DNA of 43,640 nucleotides, taken from Chloroflexota bacterium. Its GTDB lineage: Bacteria > Chloroflexota > Anaerolineae > 4572-78. Positions within the stretch are counted from its first letter, which is position 1. Each line of letters opens with the position of its first letter. Positions 37,062 to 43,640 of this stretch are shown here, piece by piece. The position numbers and the translations under genes were made by a program. The notes beneath the pieces are model-generated. The model did no database searches. It saw only the letters and a list, made by a program, of their open reading frames with translations, and was not told the origin of the DNA. The stretch is taken from contig JAJRSQ010000237.1 in assembly GCA_024278725.1 (NCBI GenBank), forward strand, positions 1 to 43,640, written 5' to 3'.

Positions 37062-37976
37062 TTAATTCTCCGAATGTGTTGAGGGTTCCCCCGCCCCCGG
37101 TGTGAACGGGTGCATATCTTTTCGGACGTAGATGAACCAGTAAACCAGCCCAACCATCAACGCCCCACCGATGATGTTGCCGATAGTGACCGGCAATAGG
37201 TTGCCAATTACGATGTTTTTCCATGTTATATCACCATAATCATCGGCGGTTTTGCCGATGGCGTTCCAGAAGGAACCGGGGGCGCTCACTTTCACCAGCC
37301 ATCCGATTGACAGGAAATACATATTGGCAACACTGTGTTCAAATCCGGCGGCAACAAAGGCGGTAATCGGGAAGATGATTGCCAATATTTTATCGGTGAC
37401 GGTGCGCGCGCTGAAGCACAACCACACTGCCAAACATACTAACGCATTACACAGTATACCCAACGCTATCGCCTGTACAAAACCGAGATGTACTTTCCCG
37501 TTGGCAATGTTCAAAATATTTAACCCGATGACCCCACCACCAAAGGTGAACTGCTTGGTGTACAGCATCAGCACTGCCGTACCAATGGAACCGATGAAAT
37601 TCCCCAGATAAACAATGCCCCAATTGCGTAACAGTTGCTTGGTGGACACTTTTTTGTCCGCCCACGCCATCACAATCAGGTTGTTTCCGGTGAATAGTTC
37701 CGCGCCGGCGACAATGACCAAAATCAGCCCTAGGCTGAACACCAACCCGCCTAGCAACTTCGTCACTCCGAAGGTTAGATTGCCGCTGGCACCGGCGGTG
37801 ACGGTTGTGGCAAAAACCGCCCCCATACCGATGAATGCGCCTGCCAAAACCGCCAGCGCGAACGTATTCCAAAATCCCATCCCTGCTTTTTTCTGACCCA
37901 CAACTTCGGCTTTGAGCGCCATATCAGGTGGTAAAAACGAATCAAGTGTATTATTTGTTGGAATTGAAACTGCCAT
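37062..37976 (-). CDS. Formate/nitrite transporter (FNT) family channel
   Basis: About 304 aa from the ATG at 37976, with GGAGGG 7 nt upstream. The FNT N-terminus is LPPDMALKAEVVGQKKAGMGFWNTFALAVLAGAFIGMGAVF. Also present are LVIVAGAELFTGN and FEHSVANMY (the conserved His region). Confidence 0.88.
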   Translation of the reverse strand: MAVSIPTNNTLDSFLPPDMALKAEVVGQKKAGMGFWNTFALAVLAGAFIGMGAVFATTVTAGASGNLTFGVTKLLGGLVFSLGLILVIVAGAELFTGNNLIVMAWADKKVSTKQLLRNWGIVYLGNFIGSIGTAVLMLYTKQFTFGGGVIGLNILNIANGKVHLGFVQAIALGILCNALVCLAVWLCFSARTVTDKILAIIFPITAFVAAGFEHSVANMYFLSIGWLVKVSAPGSFWNAIGKTADDYGDITWKNIVIGNLLPVTIGNIIGGALMVGLVYWFIYVRKDMHPFTPGAGEPSTHSEN

Positions 37977-38153
37977 TAAAACACCCTCCAATGTAAAAAT
38001 ATGGTTTATAGTGCGTATATCGTTATATTGTGAAGTATATCACGCCTTACTGCAAAAAAACAATGACAAACATCCTGATTTCTCAAGACATTTGTCACAT
38101 TCTTTCCACGGGGAATATTTACTATAAATTCACGAATCTTTACGCAAACTTTA

Positions 38154-38182
38154 TTCAAATTTTCTTACTTTTCTGCTATACT
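38154..38182 (+). promoter_or_regulatory. Candidate sigma-70 promoter for the 46-codon ORF
   Basis: TTCAAA (38154-38159), a 17-nt spacer, TATACT (38177-38182). It lies in an AT-rich intergenic region, 31 nt upstream of the ATG at 38213. Confidence 0.4.
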
Positions 38183-38212
38183 CCTCATATAAAGACGAGC
38201 GCGAGGGCGAAA

Positions 38213-38353
38213 ATGGAATTCATCACAAAATTTGGCACACTGTGGATAGCTTTAGACGTGGCAATCTTGGCGACCTTCTGGTATGTGAAAAATACGTTCC
38301 CCAGTTGGTGGGACACAGTGGTTTGTGATGCAGCGCCTGAGAATCTCGATTAA
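38213..38353 (+). CDS. Small membrane protein (46 aa, hypothetical)
   Basis: MEFITKFGTLWIALDVAILATFWYVKNTFPSWWDTVVCDAAPENLD has one TM segment. GAGGG lies 6 nt upstream of the ATG. A candidate promoter sits upstream and a strong terminator downstream. The upstream 61 codons of the track ORF are AT-rich and unlikely to be coding. Confidence 0.4.
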   Translation: MEFITKFGTLWIALDVAILATFWYVKNTFPSWWDTVVCDAAPENLD

Positions 38354-38397
38354 CTGATTTCCTCCTTAAGATATTTAGAATTCCTCCTATCCTTGTT

Positions 38398-38435
38398 AAG
38401 ACCGACCCCTGACCCAGGTCGGTCTTATACTTTTT
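38398..38435 (+). terminator. Rho-independent terminator
   Basis: AAGACCGACC (38398-38407), a 9-nt loop, GGTCGGTCTT (38417-38426), then ATACTTTTT. It lies between the small plus-strand ORF and the convergent YcxB-like gene. Confidence 0.75.
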
Positions 38436-38439
38436 AAAC

Positions 38440-38898
38440 TCATCGTTGAATATATTCATCCAGATACCGCTGAAACTTCGCCAGCTTCTCCGTCGGAACA
38501 TCATTTTTCGGAATGGCGAAAATGAACCCTTCCGAATGAAACAACACAAAATTCCCCGCAACAACCTGCCACCCTTTAAATTCATCCCAACCGAATTTAT
38601 TTTCGCCCAATTTGGTTTTCACGGTGATGCCATTGCCGGAAAGTGTGTACCGCGTCGGCAATAATTGTGGGTTGCCGTCGCTGCGCGTTTGGCGGAGAAT
38701 GTTGAAAATTCCCAAAAACACATAAAACAGATACGGCAACCATGCCACAATCAACAGCCCGTAATTCCCGGTGCTGAGGGTGTATGCCGTGACCACCCCG
38801 CTCGCAATCAAATAAATATACAGCCCCTTATTTTGAAAAAACAGCAAGAGTCCCAAACGGGTTACGGTGCTTTTGGGAAGGGTAACATTAATGTTCAT
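38440..38898 (-). CDS. YcxB-like membrane protein
   Basis: 152 aa with two N-terminal TM helices (LGLLLFFQN...IYLIASGVVTAY / LLIVAWLPYLFYVFLGIF). The YcxB-type C-terminal domain reads YTLSGNGITVKT...FGWDEFKGWQVVAGNFVLFHSEGFIFAIPKNDVP. GC content looks lower than in the neighbouring genes. It is the last gene of the sensor-exonuclease operon. Confidence 0.65.
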   Translation of the reverse strand: MNINVTLPKSTVTRLGLLLFFQNKGLYIYLIASGVVTAYTLSTGNYGLLIVAWLPYLFYVFLGIFNILRQTRSDGNPQLLPTRYTLSGNGITVKTKLGENKFGWDEFKGWQVVAGNFVLFHSEGFIFAIPKNDVPTEKLAKFQRYLDEYIQR

Positions 38899-38919
38899 AG
38901 ATGGATTTCCTTTGCCAAT

Positions 38920-41031
38920 TTAATATTTTAAGCGGGCGTAAAATGTTTCTTTGGAGGCTTGCAGGGCATCCGCCAAAGTGATGATGCCCCGCTCTGCCAG
39001 TAGCGGCAGCATCTTCAAAAAAATATCGCCCGTCAATAACGCATCGCCCAGAGCGGTGTGCCTGCCGACAATATCAATCCCCAGCCGTTCCGCAATGGCT
39101 TCCAGACTGTGGTCTGATTGACTGGGGTGTACCACCGCCGACAACAGCAGCGTGTCCAGCACCGGATTGGTGAATCGAATATCGGTGCGGCTCTCTTTTT
39201 GCTGGAAAAGCCGCATATCGAATGCCGCATTGTGCCCCACCAGCACCGTATCCTCCACGAAATGATGGAAGGCGGGCAAAACCTGTTCAATGGTGGGATG
39301 CCCTGCCAGCATATCGGTGGAAATACCGTGAATATTGGTTGCCATCGGCGAAACTGCCCGCCGGGGGTCTACCAGTTGGTCGAAAATTTCCTGCCGCAGA
39401 AGTCGCCCATTCACGATGCGCGCCGCTCCAATCGAGATAATCTCATCGGCGACGGGGTCAAGTCCGGTGGTCTCCGTGTCGAACACGGTGTACGTCAGTT
39501 CCGAAAGTTTCTGCGATTGCAGACTCCCGATTTTCCCGGCGCGCCGGAATAAATCGAAATCATAATATTCGGGACGACTGCTCTGCACCACAGGCATCCG
39601 GCGGGCGGGCGGCGGGTCTGTGGTGGGTAGCAACATGCGAAAATACGCCACGCCGGTATCCACATCCCGCTGATACCATACTTCGCCGCCGTGGTATTCC
39701 GCAATTTCACGAATGGTGAGCGACACGCCGTCACTGTTGCTGTCCAGAATCTGGTTCTGCCACGACCACATCGTGTCGGCATCAACACGGCTGCTTTCCC
39801 AAATAATATCAAATGCCGCCAGCCGCCCGGCTTGTTTCAAATTTATCTGCACGGCATCAACATCGAAACTCTTTTTGAGCCGTCGCACCAAAAAAGTTGC
39901 CGCCTGCACCACCAAATACCCGTCCACCTGCAACCACAGCGACGGTTCCGGCGCGGCGATAGACCGGGTGGACACCTTCAGTTTGTCTTCAAACCGACGT
40001 TGAATCGCCCACAGCAAATCGCTGCCGGGGATTTTTTCCAATTGCCATTTGGCGCGAATGTCGGAGGCGTATTCAGTGGTCAATTCATCCAGCCGCGCGC
40101 TGAGCGCCAGCGATTCTTCCGAAATGACGTGGTACAGTTGGTTCAATTTTTCCTGCCGGATATTGGGGTACGCCTCAATGGTTTCAATGGCGGCGCGGAT
40201 GTTGGCAATCGGCGAGCGCACCCCTTCCGTCAAAGCGCGGAGCAGAATATCGCGCCGGCTGCTGCTTTTGCTGTGCTGGGTGGTATCTTCCAGTGTCAGC
40301 ACAAAGCCATTAATTGCCTGCGAATTTTGCAAAATCGGGGCGATAGCCACCCGCAATAACTGCCCGTTGGTCGCCGAAGTCACAAAACGGGAGATGACAT
40401 ATGCGCTGTGTTTCTCGGTGCGGTAGGTGAGTTCCTCCAGCGCATGGGTGATGACGCTCCGGTCGAGCACGCCAAAAATCGAGCGTCCCAGCCCCACCAG
40501 CCCCGCGGCGGATGAAGACGTCCAGCTTTCCGGCGTGTGGCTCAACAATTCCTTCGCCAGATTATTGTACAGCAGAATTTGCCCCTCCACATTGCAGACC
40601 AGCACGCCTTCCGTCAATTCCGACATCAGCGCCACGAGCCGTTTTTTCTCCGCTTCCAGCTCATCGTGCGCGCGCTCAATTTCGGCTGCCTGATTTTCCA
40701 GCACGGTCTGATACCGTTCGGCAAACGCATTGATTGCTCCCGCCAGCTTGCGCATCTCCACCGGTCCGTCAACATCGGTGCGCCAGGCGGGATTCACGGT
40801 GGTAATCACCCTCATATCCTCCGCCAGCCGCTTCGCGCTCACAATGTACGATTGGAAAAACAGGCTGATGAAAAGGCTGAGCACCATCAATATTAAAATT
40901 GCCCCGGCAATAACCAGGATTAATTGTTCTTTCCCCAACATGGGAATTGCGATGAAGGCGACCAGCATCCCCAACAGAAACAGAAAGATGCTGCCCAGCG
41001 AAAAGAACATCTCAAACTTTTGTCGTTCCAT
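38920..41031 (-). CDS. Membrane HAMP-PAS protein with a degenerate histidine-kinase core fused to a DEDDh (DnaQ/RNase T-like) 3'-5' exonuclease
   Basis: 703 aa. It has two TM helices with almost no external loop, a HAMP domain and a coiled coil, then PAS (LMSELTEGVLVCNVEGQILLYNNLAKELL...INGFVLTLEDTT). The DHp-like helix LLRALTEGVRSPIANIRAAIETI has Glu where the phospho-His sits (compare SHELRTPLTSI). The CA-like fold lacks the N and G boxes but keeps IREIAEYHGGEVWYQRDVDTGVAYFRMLLP. The exonuclease motifs are ExoI VFDTETTGLDP, ExoII LVGHNAAFDMRL and ExoIII GRHTALGDALLTG. Confidence 0.8.
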   Translation of the reverse strand: MERQKFEMFFSLGSIFLFLLGMLVAFIAIPMLGKEQLILVIAGAILILMVLSLFISLFFQSYIVSAKRLAEDMRVITTVNPAWRTDVDGPVEMRKLAGAINAFAERYQTVLENQAAEIERAHDELEAEKKRLVALMSELTEGVLVCNVEGQILLYNNLAKELLSHTPESWTSSSAAGLVGLGRSIFGVLDRSVITHALEELTYRTEKHSAYVISRFVTSATNGQLLRVAIAPILQNSQAINGFVLTLEDTTQHSKSSSRRDILLRALTEGVRSPIANIRAAIETIEAYPNIRQEKLNQLYHVISEESLALSARLDELTTEYASDIRAKWQLEKIPGSDLLWAIQRRFEDKLKVSTRSIAAPEPSLWLQVDGYLVVQAATFLVRRLKKSFDVDAVQINLKQAGRLAAFDIIWESSRVDADTMWSWQNQILDSNSDGVSLTIREIAEYHGGEVWYQRDVDTGVAYFRMLLPTTDPPPARRMPVVQSSRPEYYDFDLFRRAGKIGSLQSQKLSELTYTVFDTETTGLDPVADEIISIGAARIVNGRLLRQEIFDQLVDPRRAVSPMATNIHGISTDMLAGHPTIEQVLPAFHHFVEDTVLVGHNAAFDMRLFQQKESRTDIRFTNPVLDTLLLSAVVHPSQSDHSLEAIAERLGIDIVGRHTALGDALLTGDIFLKMLPLLAERGIITLADALQASKETFYARLKY

Positions 41032-41398
41032 CGTCTTCCAAAATTTCGTTAATTTTTTGGATCAGCATTTTGGTTGAAAACGGCTTGCTGATATATGCGT
41101 TTGCGCCGAGCGCCAACCCTTTCGCCATTTCCACTTCCTGCCCTTTCGCCGTCAACATGACGATTTTCGTCTCCGCCCATTGTGCATTTTCGCGGATGCG
41201 GCGACACACTTCAAACCCGTTGATGTGCGGGAGCATCACATCCAGCAGCACCAAATCGGGCGAAAATTCCTCCAGCAGTGCCATCGCCTCCCGCCCGTCA
41301 CGGGCAATTTCATACTGATAGCCCGCCTGCTCCAGCAAAAACTCCAGCGACACCACGATATTTTTTTCATCATCCACAATCAGAACACGTTTTGCCAT
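41012..41398 (-). CDS. Single-domain (CheY-like, receiver-only) response regulator
   Basis: 128 aa. KRVLIVDDEKN...DLVLLDVMLPHINGFEV...KIVMLTAKG...AYISKPF. There is no output domain. The stop lies 20 nt inside the start of the downstream fusion gene. Confidence 0.92.
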   Translation of the reverse strand: MAKRVLIVDDEKNIVVSLEFLLEQAGYQYEIARDGREAMALLEEFSPDLVLLDVMLPHINGFEVCRRIRENAQWAETKIVMLTAKGQEVEMAKGLALGANAYISKPFSTKMLIQKINEILEDDGTTKV

Positions 41399-41435
41399 AA
41401 CTTTTATCCCACATTGCGCCGATGTTTCACGGCTA

Positions 41436-41816
41436 TTATCTGAAAACTGAACCCAAAATCAACCCGCCGATAGCGCCATAAACCGCCCCCACCAGCGCGC
41501 CCATCAGCCATTGACCGACATCCCCCGTGGACATTCCCAGCGCCAACCCGGCAAGCGCGCCGACGACGCCCAACACCGCGACGCCGGTGGAAATTCCGCC
41601 ACGCCAGCCGATGAAGCCCCCCGCCGCCGCCCACAGCGCGGCAATCGGCAGGGTGAGCCGCAACGGTCCAAGCATATCAAACGATTCGGTTTTGAAGAGG
41701 AGTGCAGTGGCAAATGGGAAAACTGCCGTTGACAAACTATTTCCCCCGGCAAAGCCGAGCACGGCACTCAGGAAAATTCGCAATTTCGGGTTGTTGTTGA
41801 GCATATGTGTCTCCAT
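41436..41816 (-). CDS. Glycine-zipper-rich small membrane protein (hypothetical)
   Basis: 126 aa (or from MLNNNPK) with about 4 TM segments rich in GxxxG/A: LWAAAGGFIGWRGGISTGVAVLGVVGALAGLALGMSTG...GALVGAVYGAIGGLILGSVF. It lies between the kinase and the response regulator, with gaps of 15 and 37 nt. Confidence 0.55.
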   Translation of the reverse strand: METHMLNNNPKLRIFLSAVLGFAGGNSLSTAVFPFATALLFKTESFDMLGPLRLTLPIAALWAAAGGFIGWRGGISTGVAVLGVVGALAGLALGMSTGDVGQWLMGALVGAVYGAIGGLILGSVFR

Positions 41817-41831
41817 TGGGTTAAATTGATG

Positions 41832-43640
41832 TTATAACTGCATAGGTTCGCTGTTTTCGTTATTGGTCACCGGCTGATAATTGAACGGCAGGGTGAATGA
41901 AAAAGTTGCGCCTGAACCGCCGCGCCGGTCACTGACCCAAATTTCGCCGCCAAAATACGACACGATGCGGCGGCAGATGGGCAATCCCAGCCCGGTTCCC
42001 TGCGGTTTGTCGGTGAGCGTATCGCCCGCCTGCCGAAATTTTTCAAAAATGATGTCCCTGTTTTCCGGGGCAACCCCCGCACCATTATCACTCACATTCA
42101 CTTGGATGACGGCGGGCGAAACCTGCACCTGAATTTGAATCCAACCGCCCTCCGTGGCGCAAAATTTGATGGCGTTGGAAACGAGATTCAGCAACACCTG
42201 CATGATACGGTCGTGGTCAACCCGCACCGAAGGCACGTGGTCGGGGAAATCCAGTTCCAGCCGGGCGTTCTTTTCGTGCAACAATTGCGCCACCGCCGTG
42301 ACGGTTTCCTTTATCAAATCGCGGATGTCCACCGCAGAGAGCGACCATTCCATATTCCCCGATTCGATTTTCGCCAAATCCAGCACATTGTTGATGAGCC
42401 GGGTCAGACGTTCACTCTCTTTCAAAATAATGCCGGAAAATTCGAGCCGTTTGGCGGCGTTCAAGTCCGGATTGTCGGATAAAATCTCCGAAAATGCGCG
42501 GATGGACGTGAGCGGGGTGCGGAGTTCATGCGTCACAGTGGAGATGAATTCATCCTTCAGCCGGTCGAGTTTTTTCAATTCCTCATTTGCCGCGCGCAAC
42601 TCGGCGGTTGCTTTTTCCAACGCCTGCGATTTCTCTTCCAATTGATGGCTGTACGCAATCACCTGCGAGGTTTCATCCAGAATGTCCATCACCTCCTTCA
42701 GGCTCAACATCTCTTCCTTCACCACCGATGCCACCGTTACCCGCGCCGATGCCGCGCCGATGACCCCCGCGAGTTGTTTCTCGGCGAAGCCCACCAATTC
42801 CGGGTCGGCATCGGAGGCGGGTGTCCAGATAAGCCCGCGCGCTTGAGCATACTGCGCGAACAGCCTGTCCGCTCGTCCGGGTCCCAAAAATCGCCCCAGC
42901 AGCGAGCGCAAACTTTCCACCGAAGTGCTGCCGCGCCAGATTGAAGCGGGGTTGCGCGATTGTTTGCCATCGTATTTGAACACATCCACAAATAATGATG
43001 CCTGACTGTGTTCCAAAACTGTCGGCTGATTCAAAAGCGAGAGAATCAGGTATCCGCCTACATTGAATAACATGCTCCACACCAATGCGTGGGTGATGGG
43101 CGTGAGGTTGTCAACCCCAAACAGCGCATACGGTTTGAGCCACCAAATGCCGAAGGGACCATGCTCGATAAATTGCGCGGTGAACCAGCCCGATTCCGCC
43201 ATGGAGGGCAGAAAAAGGGTGTACGCCCACACCAGAAATCCGCCGGTGATGCCTGCCAGCGCGCCCGCGCGCGTCCCCCCTTTCCAATACATGCCGCCCA
43301 GCAGGGCGGGCGCAAATTGTGCCACCGCCGTGAATGAAATCAGCCCGATGGACACCAGCGGACTGGATTGTCCCGTTTGGCGAAAATAGCCGTAACTCAG
43401 CAGTAAAATCAGGATGATGGCGGCGCGGCGGATGAACAGGAGCAAGCCGCTCATGTTCACCTGCGATTCCAGTTTCAGCACCCGGATGCGGAGCAGAAAA
43501 GGCATGATGAGGGTATTGGAGACCATCGTGGTGAGGGCAACCGTCGCCACAATCACCATGCCCGTCGCGGCGGAAAGCCCGCCGATGAACACAAACAACG
43601 CCAGCCATTCCCTGCGTTCCGCCATCGGCAGGGTGAGGAC
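41832..43640 (-). CDS. Sodium:solute symporter (SSS/SLC5)-domain sensor histidine kinase (N-terminus beyond the window)
   Basis: The frame remains open to 43640 (upstream of the track Met at 43625 it reads VLTLP). The N-terminal ~190 aa in the window are SSS-type TM helices (FAPALLGGMYWKGGTRAGALAGITGGFLVWAYTLFLP). A cytoplasmic linker and coiled coil follow. The kinase core is canonical: H-box FISTVTHELRTPLTSI, N-box LLNLVSNAIKF, G1 SDNGAGV, G2 GTGLGLPI. Confidence 0.88.
   Translation of the reverse strand, partial: VLTLPMAERREWLALFVFIGGLSAATGMVIVATVALTTMVSNTLIMPFLLRIRVLKLESQVNMSGLLLFIRRAAIILILLLSYGYFRQTGQSSPLVSIGLISFTAVAQFAPALLGGMYWKGGTRAGALAGITGGFLVWAYTLFLPSMAESGWFTAQFIEHGPFGIWWLKPYALFGVDNLTPITHALVWSMLFNVGGYLILSLLNQPTVLEHSQASLFVDVFKYDGKQSRNPASIWRGSTSVESLRSLLGRFLGPGRADRLFAQYAQARGLIWTPASDADPELVGFAEKQLAGVIGAASARVTVASVVKEEMLSLKEVMDILDETSQVIAYSHQLEEKSQALEKATAELRAANEELKKLDRLKDEFISTVTHELRTPLTSIRAFSEILSDNPDLNAAKRLEFSGIILKESERLTRLINNVLDLAKIESGNMEWSLSAVDIRDLIKETVTAVAQLLHEKNARLELDFPDHVPSVRVDHDRIMQVLLNLVSNAIKFCATEGGWIQIQVQVSPAVIQVNVSDNGAGVAPENRDIIFEKFRQAGDTLTDKPQGTGLGLPICRRIVSYFGGEIWVSDRRGGSGATFSFTLPFNYQPVTNNENSEPMQL

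Noticed and set aside
41012-41031. The 20-nt overlap between the receiver gene and the fusion gene, taken as firm evidence
   Set aside because: An alternative ATG at 41010 (MFFSLG...) would begin 1 nt after the receiver stop. Either way the genes are tightly coupled, but the exact start is unresolved.

Overview
This is a 43.6-kb, GC-rich, gene-dense bacterial chromosomal window. Most genes lie in minus-strand operons, and almost every real gene has long antisense shadow ORFs in the track.

All product calls come from reading motifs in the translations. No searches could be run.

Content is mainly core metabolism and signalling:
- A chemosensory module: MCP, two CheW and CheR-TPR.
- An EcsC/AIM24 pair.
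- A GNAT gene bracketed by palindromic repeat elements.
- An OmpR-type two-component pair translationally coupled to coaX-coaBC.
- rpsT.
- A copper/CuA-assembly cluster: PCuAC, SCO1 and a NapH-like 4Fe-4S membrane protein.
- acnA, a LysR regulator, an SDR and icd.
- Dodecin, a patatin-like lipase and a polyprenyl synthase.
- A LuxR-type response regulator with a PAS-GAF kinase coupled to a lipoprotein cytochrome c.
- A CBS protein, a CoA-transferase and alanine dehydrogenase.
- A DHOD-like flavoprotein next to PFOR (nifJ).
- A stand-alone CBM48 protein and an FNT channel.

I saw no rRNA, tRNA, CRISPR array, transposase, integrase or phage genes.

The most unusual locus is the right-hand operon (38440..>43640). 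It encodes a solute-symporter-domain histidine kinase, a glycine-zipper membrane protein and a receiver-only response regulator. These are followed by a 703-aa TM-HAMP-PAS protein and a YcxB-like protein. In the 703-aa protein the kinase core is degenerate (H-box His replaced by Glu, N/G boxes lost), and it is fused to an apparently intact DEDDh 3'-5' exonuclease.

The second notable signal is a family of short nested-palindrome elements (GTCATTGCGAG...CTCGCAATGAC). There are three clear copies and one degenerate copy. Two of them place a 49-bp, 48/49-identical inverted repeat on either side of the GNAT gene.

The repeat family and gene content feel Chloroflexota-like to me, but that is only an impression.
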